NCBI GenBank assembly: GCA_044235645.1
Contig: JBIIHQ010000003.1
Location: forward strand, 64,320-128,319
Length of the DNA stretch: 64,000 bases
Reading direction: 5' to 3'
Source of the DNA: Bdellovibrionota bacterium
GTDB lineage: Bacteria; Bdellovibrionota_C; UBA2361; OMIW01
A program made the position numbers and the translations under genes. Shown here one piece after another: positions 1 to 10,101 of this stretch. The stretch's first letter is position 1. Each line of letters begins with the position of its first letter. The notes under the pieces were generated by a model, which saw only the letters and a program-made list of their open reading frames with translations, searched no databases and was not told where the DNA came from.

Positions 1-236
1 TTGATGTAGAGGGAGGCAAACCGCTGGGTAGCAATCAAGAGGGGTATGAGGATGGATATCTGAATCGTCCAGAAAATCAGCCCTTTCCAAAATCCGATTC
101 CCGCAGCGCCTGCAGGTTCCATCCATGCAAAGACTACGATGAGCACTAGTGAGCTAAAGAGGAAATACCGCGCGACTGATACAGCAGGGGCATCAAACAG
201 GTGTTTTGTTTCTTTCGTCATTGTGTTCATTCTCAT
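1..236 (-). CDS. Partial CDS (N-terminus only, runs off the window start). Hypothetical membrane protein.
   Basis: Reverse-complement reading from ATG at 236-234 gives MRMNTMTKETKHLFDAPAVSVARYFLFSSLVLIVVFAWMEPAGAAGIGFWKGLIFWTIQISILIPLLIATQRF with no stop before the window edge. The translation is hydrophobic and helix-like. It is absent from the ORF track only because it has no in-window stop. Confidence 0.3.
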   Translation of the reverse strand, partial: MRMNTMTKETKHLFDAPAVSVARYFLFSSLVLIVVFAWMEPAGAAGIGFWKGLIFWTIQISILIPLLIATQRFASLYI

Positions 237-384
237 CGGTTACCACCTAGGCATCTTCTTTACCATTCGTGCATAAAGCGTGCTGTTCGTGCATCTCCCG
301 GTTGTTGCTTGTATGAAGTCTGTGTAAGGTCCGGTTTAATTCGGCTTGAACTACCTTTATTACGAGGAGGTAAAACGGTAATCT

Positions 385-1068
385 ATGAGAATAAAACGTA
401 CCTTGCAAAAGATAAAGAAATTACATTGCTCAGTCGCTCTGTTAGGCATGGTGCTGTTGATAACGGATGCATCTGCAGACAGCGTTAATTACGAGGGGCC
501 GTATGCGAGGCTCTTAGGGGGGCTGAATCTTATTCCAGATTCTGACTTTGACGGGAGCAGTCCAGAATCATTCCCATCCGGCGAGGTAAGTTTAGCCACA
601 GGGACAATAGTCGGCCTCGGTGGCGGATATCGTTTTAACAAAAATGTGGCTGCAGAGCTTGAATATACGTATCGCAGTAATGAAATCGATAGCGTTAAGG
701 GAGCAGGAGGAGCGAATATAGCTGATGGAGGAGATTTGGCATCAGTGGCGATAATGGCCAATGGCCTCTATCACTTCGACTTTGCCGAGACTTGGACGCC
801 CTATATCGGTTTTGGTTTAGGAGTTCTTCAAGAGATAGACTCCGACGTTCAACTTACGGCTCTTGACTCTCAAACAGATTTGGAAGACCAAGTCTTTGGT
901 TGGCAAGCGATAGCTGGGGCTGAGGTCCCTATCGACAGCCGTTGGCGGATGTACGGGGAGGGACGGTTCATGTCCGCTCCTTCCTCGAACCTGAGCAACA
1001 TCAATGGCTCGTACAGTGTGGACTATAATAATGCGTCGCTCATTTTCGGGATTGGATATCAGTTTTAG
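385..1068 (+). CDS. Outer-membrane beta-barrel protein (OMP_b-brl / opacity-porin-like family) with signal peptide.
   Basis: GAGGAGG Shine-Dalgarno 10 nt upstream of ATG. N-terminal signal peptide (KKLHCSVALLGMVLLITDASA). Alternating amphipathic beta-strand pattern and C-terminal ...GIGYQF, the terminal aromatic typical of OMP barrels. Confidence 0.7.
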   Translation: MRIKRTLQKIKKLHCSVALLGMVLLITDASADSVNYEGPYARLLGGLNLIPDSDFDGSSPESFPSGEVSLATGTIVGLGGGYRFNKNVAAELEYTYRSNEIDSVKGAGGANIADGGDLASVAIMANGLYHFDFAETWTPYIGFGLGVLQEIDSDVQLTALDSQTDLEDQVFGWQAIAGAEVPIDSRWRMYGEGRFMSAPSSNLSNINGSYSVDYNNASLIFGIGYQF

Positions 1069-1534
1069 GGAGTTAACCCTGTCCCGAAAATTTCAACGAT
1101 AGGGAAGTTCGGGTTTTCCACAGGCGGCGTCAGCTGGGTTGAGTAGAGCTCTGCAAACCGCCTGTGGGAAACTCTATATCCCACGCAAAGCTGATTTTAT
1201 CGCGAGTGTTGAATACAGGGGGCCTATCGTCAAATCGAGCATTGCGCTTACTCTGGATCTTCGACCATTAATCGGTGAACTTAAGTTACCGGTGAACGCA
1301 AGACGGAACCTGCGGCTCCTTGTTCATCTCTCAAACGTTTCGGTTTCCCCGATGGAGTGTAAGAAGGAGGAAAGGATATCCATCCCAATCTGCTCAAACT
1401 GTCTGAACCTACCTCTATGCCTCTGAGGAATAGAGATCCTACGAATTACTATCTATCTGTAATTACTGTCTATACCGGCACTCGTCACCAATCTACCTTG
1501 ACAGGGCATATTTGCACAGATATTCTGCCCTTGT

Positions 1535-2809
1535 ATGACACATTTTCACAGAGTTATTCAAATACCTGATCTTACCACACAAAATGCTCAGGCGCGGGCC
1601 GTCTTCTTGTGGGGGCCGCGGAAGGTGGGTAAAAGTAGCTGGATTCGCCGACACCTGCCACAAGCAATTTATATTGATCTTCTCAAAAGTGACCTTCTTG
1701 CTGAGTACAGCGCGCGGCCGTCGTTGTTGCGGGAGAGATATCGAACCCAGTTGCTGAATCAACAAGCACAAACGGGCTGCTCAGAGCATGATGTGTTTGC
1801 GCCGATCGTTATCGACGAGATACAAAAGTGCCCGGGGCTGCTCGATGAGGTGCACTGGTTGCTCGAGAATACGCCACGCCGATTTCTCATAACGGGTTCG
1901 AGTCCCCGAAAGTTGCGGCGCAATCATGCGAATCTGCTCGGAGGGAGAGCATGGCGACGTGAGATGCGTCCTCTGACGAGTGTTGAGATCGGGCTCCCTG
2001 TTGCAGTCGATGGTGGTGCATATTTGGGGATGGAATCGGGTGACAGAGAGGAGCGATTTGATCTCGAACGTGCGATCATAAGGGGGCTTATTCCATCCCA
2101 CTACCTCTCGGATGAGTGGCGTGAGGAGCTTCGGGGGTATGTCGCTGATTATTTGATTGAAGAGATCGTGCATGAGGGAGCGGTCCGCAGCTTACCCGAT
2201 TTTAGTGATTTTTTGCGGGTCGCTGCCATTACCAATGCAGAGCTAATCAACTATACCAATGTCGCCCGTGAAGTTGGGGTTTCAGCGAAGGTGGTGCGGA
2301 GCTATTTCCAGATTCTTGAAGATACCTTACTTGGTTTCCGCTTAGCGCCGTGGTCAAGGAGTAAAAAACGGCGATTGGTTGAGACCGAAAAGTTTTATCT
2401 TTTTGATGTAGGCGTATCAAATTTTCTTGCGCGTCGTATTCCCGCAGCGGGTACCCCCGAATTTGGCAAAAGCTTTGAGCATCTGATCTTAATGGAGCTT
2501 TTAGCCTACCGAGCGTACCGCTCGCCCGAATTGGAGATTCGATTCTGGAGAACCTCTAATCAGCAGGAGGTCGATTTTATCCTGAATGACAAAGAGGTTG
2601 CGATCGAGATTAAATCGAGCCGCCGAACGGAGCTCACCGACATAAAGCATCTCACCTCACTTACCGAGGATGGCCCGATTCGGCATCGCATTATTGTCTC
2701 TTGCGATAGAGAACCAAAAACTCTCGAGGACCGCTTCGGCAGTATCTCCGTGCTTCCCTGGCAGGTGTTTCTTGCTCGGTTGTGGCAGGGAGACATAGTG
2801 GCAGGGTGA
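1535..2809 (+). CDS. AAA+ ATPase of the DUF4143 / COG1373 family.
   Basis: Walker A GPRKVGKSS. Walker B-like IVIDEIQK. C-terminal region with the conserved YLFDVG / ...EVDFIL motif typical of the AAA_14 + DUF4143 architecture. Confidence 0.75.
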   Translation: MTHFHRVIQIPDLTTQNAQARAVFLWGPRKVGKSSWIRRHLPQAIYIDLLKSDLLAEYSARPSLLRERYRTQLLNQQAQTGCSEHDVFAPIVIDEIQKCPGLLDEVHWLLENTPRRFLITGSSPRKLRRNHANLLGGRAWRREMRPLTSVEIGLPVAVDGGAYLGMESGDREERFDLERAIIRGLIPSHYLSDEWREELRGYVADYLIEEIVHEGAVRSLPDFSDFLRVAAITNAELINYTNVAREVGVSAKVVRSYFQILEDTLLGFRLAPWSRSKKRRLVETEKFYLFDVGVSNFLARRIPAAGTPEFGKSFEHLILMELLAYRAYRSPELEIRFWRTSNQQEVDFILNDKEVAIEIKSSRRTELTDIKHLTSLTEDGPIRHRIIVSCDREPKTLEDRFGSISVLPWQVFLARLWQGDIVAG

Positions 2810-2885
2810 AACAGGAACTATGAGAGAACCTACCGTTTAATGTCATTTAATTTGAGGCAATCACAAGGATAAGCCATCCAAGCAG

Positions 2886-4070
2886 CTACGCCTCACACAA
2901 CTCGTGCAACACCTCCCCCACCCCCTCCAGCCACGGCACCACCATCACATCTCCCTCACGATAGCGGGTATCTCCGCCATACAAACAGTAACACTTTGCC
3001 CCTCGGAATTGGGGGCCAAGTGTCCTGATATGGCGCAGATCCTCACTATCAATCCTGCTTCCCGATTTTATCTCAATTAACGCCTCAACCCGTCCGGCGC
3101 GCTCGAGAACCAGATCGATCTCGGCGCCACCTTCGGTCGCAAAAAATGATGGCACCACAGACAACTCGCTGTATGCAATGCGGCGGAGAATCTCGGCGAT
3201 CACCAACTGCTCAAAGAGGACGCCATACTCGAACGAACCGTGGTGGAGACCAAAATCGATACTGCCATCGAGAGCTCGCTTGACACCGTTGTCAAAGAGA
3301 TAAAATTTCGGTGTTTTCCTTAACTTTTGGCGTTCCGAACCAGCATAGGCGTGAAGAAAAAAACCTACTAAGGTGTCTTCAAGGATCGCATAATACGAAC
3401 GCACCGTGCTGTGGTCGACGCCGACATCCCGCGCGATCTTGGTGTAGTTAACAGGCTGCCCGTGGGATTGCGCTGCGACCTGAAGAAAACGGCGAAATGG
3501 TTCAATCTTGCGGACAAGCTGCTCCCCCCAAACTTCCTCCTTCAGGTAGGTATTCGCATACGCGACAAGGCTTCGCCGTTTTTCAATAGGTTCAGCCAAC
3601 GTCACAACTCGCGGCAACGTGCCAAACAGAAGTGCTTGGTGCAGGTCGAAGTGGCTCCCGAGCTCCTCGGCCAACAAGGGGTATAAATTAAAAACAACTG
3701 CCCGCCCAGCGAGCAAATTCGCGCCACCCAATTTCAGCTTCCGAGCGCTCGAACCGGTGAGGACAAACTTCAAAGAGGATTCCTCAATTTTTCGATGGAC
3801 CACATCGAGCAGTAGCGGAACTTTTTGAATCTCGTCGATGATGACGACCGTGGTCTCAGGATGCAGCGCCGAGAGCTCTTTATAGAGCGCTTCAGGATTC
3901 AGCTGATACTTCGCCTCAAGATCCAAATTCAGGAGATCAAGATAGAGTACCTCCCGCCCCGCCTCCGAGACCGAAAAATGGCTTTTAACCAAACTCGTCT
4001 TACCGGTCCCACGAGCCCCGAACAGGAAAAAACTCTGCTTTGTTGAAAGGTTAATCAAACGCTTGAGCAT
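2886..4070 (-). CDS. AAA+ ATPase of the DUF4143 / COG1373 family, a paralogue of 1535..2809.
   Basis: Walker A GARGTGKTS. Walker B IIDEIQK. FYLFDNGV and C-terminal EIDLVL motifs. Same architecture as the neighbouring ATPase on the opposite strand. Confidence 0.75.
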   Translation of the reverse strand: MLKRLINLSTKQSFFLFGARGTGKTSLVKSHFSVSEAGREVLYLDLLNLDLEAKYQLNPEALYKELSALHPETTVVIIDEIQKVPLLLDVVHRKIEESSLKFVLTGSSARKLKLGGANLLAGRAVVFNLYPLLAEELGSHFDLHQALLFGTLPRVVTLAEPIEKRRSLVAYANTYLKEEVWGEQLVRKIEPFRRFLQVAAQSHGQPVNYTKIARDVGVDHSTVRSYYAILEDTLVGFFLHAYAGSERQKLRKTPKFYLFDNGVKRALDGSIDFGLHHGSFEYGVLFEQLVIAEILRRIAYSELSVVPSFFATEGGAEIDLVLERAGRVEALIEIKSGSRIDSEDLRHIRTLGPQFRGAKCYCLYGGDTRYREGDVMVVPWLEGVGEVLHELCEA

Positions 4071-4274
4071 ACCCCCAATTTTCCCCCGAAATCGAGGGTG
4101 TTGTCAAAGGGAGATTTGGGCGGGGGTTGAGATTGTACAGGATATCGGAAGTTTGCCGGCATTTTTTTATCCGGGCTAGTCGCGGCCAAATCGGTTGCCC
4201 AAAACGATGTAAAGACCGTTCAAGATAAAATCACTACTAGAGCATGAACTTGCCTCTCATTTGAACCACCTTCA

Positions 4275-4296
4275 GAATTCAGCCTTTCCTGAATTC
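4275..4296. promoter_or_regulatory. Inverted repeat GAATTCAG-N6-CTGAATTC in the divergent intergenic region. Candidate operator.
   Basis: Read directly from the sequence. 8-bp arms with a 6-nt loop, and each arm contains a GAATTC core. It lies between the starts of the minus-strand ATPase (4070) and the plus-strand NTase gene (4405). Confidence 0.3.
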
Positions 4297-4404
4297 AGCG
4301 AGCGAGGTAAACGCAACAACGTTCCGAAAAGTTGATACTCCGAAGCAGGCAAACGTAAAGCCTCAACTCAATATATCGCCCATTTTTATAAGAGGTATGC
4401 TCTG

Positions 4405-4965
4405 ATGCTTGATACATCAAAAATCCCCCTTACCGGAGCTTCATTCACCTGGTTCATTGCAGGCGGTTGGGCGATTGATCTCTTTTTAGGAAGGCATACA
4501 CGTCATCACACAGACCTGGATCTTGGAATTTTTCGTGACGACCAACTCGCTCTCCAAGATTTTCTTTCCGGATGGAGCCTCTTAAAAATCGTAAATGGTG
4601 AGAACGTTCAATGGTGCAGGGGCGAGCAGCTTTCTCTGCCAGTGCATGAGATCCATGCCAATGCTTCCAGCGGCGACACTGTGGAGATTTTATTGGCTGA
4701 AAAGAGCGAGTCGCGCTGGATCTACCGTCGGGACCCGACGATCACATTGCCAATTTCATCCGCTGTGCTGACGATTGAAAACGGCATCTGCATATTAGCA
4801 CCGGAGATCGTTCTGCTGTTCAAGAGTAAGAATCCACGAGAACAGGATCAGGCTGATTTTGAGAATGTCCGTACGCATCTTTCATTAGGGCAGAAACAGT
4901 GGCTCCATGATGCCATCGACCGGACAAATAAGACCCATTCGTGGATGGCAAAACTCACAAGTTAG
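4405..4965 (+). CDS. Pol-beta-fold nucleotidyltransferase, ANT(2'')-Ia-like (aminoglycoside 2''-adenylyltransferase family).
   Basis: NTase motif GGWAIDLFLGRHTRHHTDLDLGI (hG[GS]...DhDh) matches my recollection of the ANT(2'')-Ia signature GGWAID...HDDIDL. Size of 186 aa is typical for the family. Confidence 0.6.
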   Translation: MLDTSKIPLTGASFTWFIAGGWAIDLFLGRHTRHHTDLDLGIFRDDQLALQDFLSGWSLLKIVNGENVQWCRGEQLSLPVHEIHANASSGDTVEILLAEKSESRWIYRRDPTITLPISSAVLTIENGICILAPEIVLLFKSKNPREQDQADFENVRTHLSLGQKQWLHDAIDRTNKTHSWMAKLTS

Positions 4966-5312
4966 GCGGAGCCTCTTTTGCTCAGTGGTATCGAGGTCCA
5001 GCCTATAAAGACCCAAGGCCCCCTCTCACGCCCCCCGCAAAATCCGCCGAACCCCTCGCACCAAACAGGCCTAAATCGGCAGATTTATGAAAGTCATCCC
5101 CTCTTCTCGGTGGACAGACAGGGGGGTGCTGAGACGCTGATGCCGAGGAGTAGACGTGATGCATCGAAGATTCACGAAGCTTCGTTGAGAGCCTTTTGGG
5201 GATGCTTTGCACTAATAGGTATCGGTTGCGTGTCGTGGAGGATGAAATCGACCTCGATATCATCTGAGGAAACGGGCCGAAACTCTTTTTCACCCTCCAG
5301 CACCACTTTCAA

Positions 5313-6050
5313 TTACCGCTCATCCAACACCGCCAGAGAAAACGGCGCGCCCCCTCCAACCGCATCAAGTGCAGCCACCGTCGCTATGAGCCCATCGCCA
5401 ACGGCCAGCCCAGGCGCCTGGATCGCTACTGTCTTTGTTCCGGCGACTGTCACTGCGACATCATACGTTCCCGCAGGCACGTTCAGATAATCAGAGATCG
5501 CCTTAAACGGGACATTCGAGAGCACCGGAGCCGCTGAAGCAATACCAGTCCCGGGAGCAGTGACATACACATCAACAGCAGGGGCACTCGCTGCTGAGTG
5601 GAGGACCCGCACCTTCGCAGTGCCGGCTTCGGGATGCGTTCGATCCGCGGTGAAAACGAGCGGGGTAATTTTTGCGACCTTATCGGCTGCAACGATGAGG
5701 TAGTCGGTATCATCCGCGAGATCGAGAGTAGCATCAATTGCCGTGGTATCGGTCCCCGCGACATTCACCTGAACCCGAGACTGCTTAGCCTCGAGCGGAA
5801 GAAAATCGGACGCTGCCGTGTACGGCACATTTTCAAGCACCCTGCCCCCATCTATGAGGACATCGACCGCGGGAGCATCGGGGGATGCGTGAAATACCCG
5901 AACCCGCGCCTCGGAGCTGTCTCCTCCGCCACACCCGACCGCCCCCGCGACAAGCCCCCCAACTATCATCGCGGTGATGACCGAACGACTGACGAGTCCC
6001 CTCGCGCATACTCCCGAAACCAGACCATTCACTGTTGAACAAACTTTCAT
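5313..6050 (-). CDS. Lipoprotein with tandem DUF4397-like repeats.
   Basis: Signal peptide plus lipobox (...GAVGCGGG). Two internal repeats: VRVFHASPDAPAVDVLIDGGRV...NVPYTAASDFLPLEA and VRVLHSAASAPAVDVYVTAPG...NVPFKAISDYLNVPAGTY. Confidence 0.6.
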   Translation of the reverse strand: MKVCSTVNGLVSGVCARGLVSRSVITAMIVGGLVAGAVGCGGGDSSEARVRVFHASPDAPAVDVLIDGGRVLENVPYTAASDFLPLEAKQSRVQVNVAGTDTTAIDATLDLADDTDYLIVAADKVAKITPLVFTADRTHPEAGTAKVRVLHSAASAPAVDVYVTAPGTGIASAAPVLSNVPFKAISDYLNVPAGTYDVAVTVAGTKTVAIQAPGLAVGDGLIATVAALDAVGGGAPFSLAVLDER

Positions 6051-6175
6051 AATTCCCTCCGAAAGAGATATTTGCTGTTATTTTATAACAGCTATTATTC
6101 GCCTCTTCCTCCCGCTAGTCAAGAATTACTGTTAAATTTGACACCAATTTTTTTATTCCATATAATGAGGTAGTT

Positions 6176-7048
6176 ATGAGCAACAAACATTTACCAACCT
6201 TGATCACCACCGCAATCCTGCGCCCTCTCGTCAGGCTTTGCCTGGCGCGGGGAGTGCGGGTGCAGGAGCTTGAGGCGCTCCTCAAAGGGGTCCTCGTCGC
6301 TGAGGCCCGGACGGCCATTGAGGCAGCTCGGAGCGAGGTGAGTGTCAGCAAGATCAGCGTCATAACCGGCATCAATCGGACAGAAGTGGCGCGATTGGTT
6401 TCGGGGGATGGGCCCTCGAAGGAGAAGCACGACGTTCTGAACCGGGTGATCGGATTATGGTCACATGGTCGAGAATATGGCAGTGCGAATGGCACCCCCC
6501 GCCCCCTCACATTCCAGGGACTCGGAAGCGAATTTGCGACGCTGGTTTCAGCGGTGAGCAAAGAGGTAAGCCCGTATCCCGTCCTCTTTGAGCTCGAGCG
6601 AATTGGGGCTATTCGCTACGACGGGGACCGCGCTATTCTTCAGGTCGTCGAGTACACTCCGCACGGGGATGTCGAACACGGGGTACAGGTGTTGAGTGAT
6701 GACATCGAGGATCTGGCGACCGCCGTTGAACAGAATTTGACCTCATGCCAAGAGATCCCCTCGGTTCATCTCAGAACATCATACGACAACATCGATCCTG
6801 CCGAGCTGCCCCACATTCGTCGCTGGCTGCTCGAAAAGGGAGCTGCGTTTCACCGCGACGTGCGGGGGTATCTCTCCCTTTTCGATCGGGATATTAACCC
6901 ATCACTCCCGCGCGGTGATGAGCGCGCACGGGTCGCCGTATCGCTCTTTTCGCTCGGCGCAAAGATAGAAGCACCAAAAGAATTGAAGCCCAAAAAACGA
7001 GGAAGAAAACCATGCGCCCCACCCTCTGCCGATCAATCCGCTCGCTAA
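6176..7048 (+). CDS. Hypothetical protein with an HTH-like segment (SVSKISVITGINRTEVARLV).
   Basis: Long ORF with a plausible AGGTAG RBS. Helix-turn-helix-like motif near residue 55. No recognisable catalytic motifs. It ends overlapping the next lipoprotein gene. Confidence 0.45.
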   Translation: MSNKHLPTLITTAILRPLVRLCLARGVRVQELEALLKGVLVAEARTAIEAARSEVSVSKISVITGINRTEVARLVSGDGPSKEKHDVLNRVIGLWSHGREYGSANGTPRPLTFQGLGSEFATLVSAVSKEVSPYPVLFELERIGAIRYDGDRAILQVVEYTPHGDVEHGVQVLSDDIEDLATAVEQNLTSCQEIPSVHLRTSYDNIDPAELPHIRRWLLEKGAAFHRDVRGYLSLFDRDINPSLPRGDERARVAVSLFSLGAKIEAPKELKPKKRGRKPCAPPSADQSAR

Positions 7049-7803
7049 AGCTGTACTCGCAGCGCCCGCTCGTGCCTCGAGCGGTTATCGCCGGAGCTGT
7101 TTCAGGCGTCGTCTCCATCTCAGTGGGGTGTGGTGGGGGTACGACCGGCACTTCTCCGATCGATGGCTTTCACATGGTTGGTACTGCACGATCGACCATT
7201 GGTGCGCCCCTGCCGAATACCGACATGGCGGTCCGCTCAGGAAGTGATAGCGCACCGGTTGTCGTCGCGCGGACCGATCAGCAGGGCTCGTTCCTCATGC
7301 GGCTACCCTCAACGGTTTCGACGCTATCGGTATCAGTCGGCAACCAACAATCGCCTCCCTTTACAAGATCTCTGATCGGACCGAGTATTCTTTCAACCGA
7401 GCTGCAAGCGGCACCGAACGGTACTGTCACTCTTGTGAATAGCTACGAGGTACAGGTCGACGCTGCAACGCTGTGTACTGCTCTTCGACCTGAAGGAAAC
7501 GATCTTATTCGCGACCGAGAGCTCACCCCGAACGCACCGTGCATCGTTCCGTTTATTGTGAATTCGACCCAGATCACTGCATCTCCGCTCCCGATCGGAC
7601 AATACCGTGCGACGATTACGGGCACGACACCCGAGAGCTGCACGGCTACAGCACTCGGATCACAACCAGCACGGGCGGATGCCGATGGAAAGATAAGGGT
7701 TGATGTCGCGCCGGTAATTGATGCAGGATGCAGGTCATTTTCGGTGGTAGTATCACACGACGACACGCGTCAACCGGGGGCTTCGTTTGGGGTGCTGGGG
7801 TGA
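7012..7803 (+). CDS. Lipoprotein with a carboxypeptidase-regulatory-like (CarboxypepD_reg / Cna-B type) beta-sandwich segment.
   Basis: Signal peptide and lipobox VSISVGCGGG, the same VGCGGG lipobox as the 5313..6050 protein. ARTDQQGSFLMRLP resembles the CarboxypepD_reg consensus. The start may be an internal GTG given the 37-nt overlap with the upstream gene. Confidence 0.5.
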   Translation: MRPTLCRSIRSLKLYSQRPLVPRAVIAGAVSGVVSISVGCGGGTTGTSPIDGFHMVGTARSTIGAPLPNTDMAVRSGSDSAPVVVARTDQQGSFLMRLPSTVSTLSVSVGNQQSPPFTRSLIGPSILSTELQAAPNGTVTLVNSYEVQVDAATLCTALRPEGNDLIRDRELTPNAPCIVPFIVNSTQITASPLPIGQYRATITGTTPESCTATALGSQPARADADGKIRVDVAPVIDAGCRSFSVVVSHDDTRQPGASFGVLG

Positions 7804-7966
7804 GGAGAAGGTAGCCCACCCGAACAAGAGTTCATCAGGGAGGACTGTTGTTCTCCTCAGCTCGATCGGCATCGCCACAACGCTCGGAGACGCCTTCTTT
7901 GCCGAGAGCCAGAGGCATCAGTGCAGGTAGCAAGGTGGATGTGGCAATCCCTGTGAGACCGCTGTT

Positions 7967-8704
7967 TCATCTACTCGGGGAACGAACGGGTTGACTTGTG
8001 CGTGCCCCCCTTGGTGCCGAGGGGTCAGGACGACCCGTCGAACTCGGCTCCTCCCCCTCTTCGCTGTCGCGCACATATCGCGCGAGCCACTCCAGTAACC
8101 CCTCAGCACTATTCCGCGATAACCCATCGATTCGCGTGAATCGCGGGATCCCATTTGCAGGACCCAGCGGGGTCATGATGTGAAGGGAATACAAGCCGAG
8201 CACCGCATCACTTGAGCTTTGCGCGATAAAAAATTCGGTAACGCCCACAAGCGGAGCCGATGATTCGAGCCGACGAAACACCCCCCGCCGAACATGAAAT
8301 CTCCCGTCCCGAATAAAAAACCGAACCCGTCTCCGGTACCACTCCCAAAAAGAAATCTCCCCAATCAGAAACAACAAATGGACCCAGACGAGCGCTTTTT
8401 CAGCATGATGAACCATACTTCCCTGATATCCACCTATATCGGAAAGCCACCCCCCTTCACTAATGAGATAGATCGCGAAAACTGCGACAAACAGCCCACC
8501 ACTAAGCCACGACTTGCGCAGAGCGTAGCGCGGGCTTGTCCTGAACACCCGACTGAGTTCGATCCGCTCGACTCCGCCCGAGCGGTGCTGAGGCTGCCCA
8601 CGCAAAAAAACGGATAGTGCAGATCCATCCGTGATTGCCTCAGGGATACATTCCTCAAAGTCAGTGTCTGCAGAGACTGGATCCGCAAGAACATAGGTTT
8701 GCAC
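7967..8704 (-). CDS. Membrane protein with a bacterial PH domain (bPH_2 / YdbS-YdbT-like).
   Basis: Two TM segments (LFVAVFAIYLI ; VWVHLLFLIGEISFW). These are followed by R..ES.PLVGVTEF.IAQSSSDAVLGLYSLHIMTPLG, which matches the bPH_2 pattern ...Q...R.LGL..L.I.T.GG. Confidence 0.5.
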   Translation of the reverse strand: MQTYVLADPVSADTDFEECIPEAITDGSALSVFLRGQPQHRSGGVERIELSRVFRTSPRYALRKSWLSGGLFVAVFAIYLISEGGWLSDIGGYQGSMVHHAEKALVWVHLLFLIGEISFWEWYRRRVRFFIRDGRFHVRRGVFRRLESSAPLVGVTEFFIAQSSSDAVLGLYSLHIMTPLGPANGIPRFTRIDGLSRNSAEGLLEWLARYVRDSEEGEEPSSTGRPDPSAPRGARTSQPVRSPSR

Positions 8705-9200
8705 CGTTCATCCCCTTTTTGGAATCGACCCCTTTTCCTGGACTATGGAAACCCCGGTACTCTCGATAGGTAGAGATCCTCAACACTCTCCATACGAGAG
8801 TATGAAGCTTGAAACCCGCGCCACGACTCTCCTTGACCGCTTCCTCGTAAAATTCTAACAGAGAGGACTCCGATATCCCTCCGGGATACCGCTTTAAATC
8901 GGAAGTAGCCATTAATAAACCACGCCTTCATCTCAGATCGTCGCACATGACACGCACATACAGCCCGAGGACAGCGGGAGGCAGGCATTGAGGTTTTTGT
9001 TGATTTCGGTTGTGAGCCCGGACCTCTTTCGCGTAAGGAGATGGCGTTCTTAGGCTCGTTCATTGATGTCTGCAACGGTTCGCGGATATGAATTTTGAGG
9101 GCATCGCCGACACCTTTTTGGAAAAAACGGAGGGAGACCTGGCTCAATTGCTGTCGTATGATTGTGGATGATAAGCCGGCTTCTTCCTCTGTGAGGTGCT

Positions 9201-9734
9201 ATGCGATATGCCCGTTCATTCCTCTTTTGCAGCGTCGTAGCTCTCGCTCTTCTCGGCTGCGGGGTGTCGGTTCAGGATTACAAAAATGAGAAGCCGACGC
9301 TGGTCGTCGAGGACTTTTTCTCGGGAGACCTTGAAGCCTTTGGAGTGGTTGCCGAGCGCAGCGGTAAGGTTATCAAGCGGTTCTCGTGCGACATGAAGGG
9401 AAGCTGGGACGGTCACACGCTTGTGCTTGACGAGGACTTCACTTGGTCGGATGGATCACGACAGACACGGGTGTGGCATTTGACGAGGAAGGCTGATGGC
9501 ACGTTTTCGGGAACGGCTGACGATGTCATCGGCGAAGCGTTCGGAGAAGTTTCAGGCAACACGTTCCACCTTGTCTATGATCTTTCCGCTCCGGTTAACG
9601 GATCAACGACAGTCCTGCATGTTGATGACTGGCTCTACCTTGTCACTGATTCAGTCGTCATGAATCACTCGGAGCTCACGAAGTTTGGGCTGCATGCAGC
9701 GGATGTTTATTTGACGATTCAAAAGAAGGGGTAA
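9201..9734 (+). CDS. DUF3833-family lipoprotein.
   Basis: Lipoprotein signal LALLGCGVS. Downstream VVEDFFSGDLEAFGVVAERSGKVIKRF...WHLTRKADGTFSGTADD matches the DUF3833 lipoprotein family as I recall it. Confidence 0.6.
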   Translation: MRYARSFLFCSVVALALLGCGVSVQDYKNEKPTLVVEDFFSGDLEAFGVVAERSGKVIKRFSCDMKGSWDGHTLVLDEDFTWSDGSRQTRVWHLTRKADGTFSGTADDVIGEAFGEVSGNTFHLVYDLSAPVNGSTTVLHVDDWLYLVTDSVVMNHSELTKFGLHAADVYLTIQKKG

Positions 9735-10101
9735 AGGGGTCATTGAGGCGGAGAAAATAATGCAAGAGCTATCGTCAAATCTCGTGTTTAATTAGCTCAA
9801 CAAGCAGCGACTCGTTGTCTGCACTAACCTCAATACCATATACAAATCTGACTCCGGTAATCACCCTCCGAAGGAGTAAGCACTTATAAACGACGAGGAC
9901 ATCTCCATGCCCCTGAGACAAACGGGGTGGGCCCGAATAGTGGTGATACGGGCTCGTATCGGCGGGGGATGCGATGGAGCTGCCAGGAGTGATAGCGCCT
10001 CCTCTCGGGCGAGTGGTCAGAGACCACATCGCATTCCTCGCGACGGCTTTACTAAATATCGTTCATATTCTACCCTCATAGCATTCCTTAAAGGTTACAT
10101 G

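Noticed and set aside
1885-1910. tRNA T-arm-like string GGGTTCGAGTCCCCG
   Set aside because: It lies inside the well-supported ATPase CDS (codes for ...ITGSSPRKL...). Only 3 bp of T-stem pairing are possible, and there is no acceptor stem or CCA context.
4978-5490. 170-aa ORF overlapping the DUF4397 lipoprotein gene on the opposite strand
   Set aside because: It is Pro/Ser/Arg-rich with no motif, while the opposite strand shows clear internal protein repeats and a lipobox.
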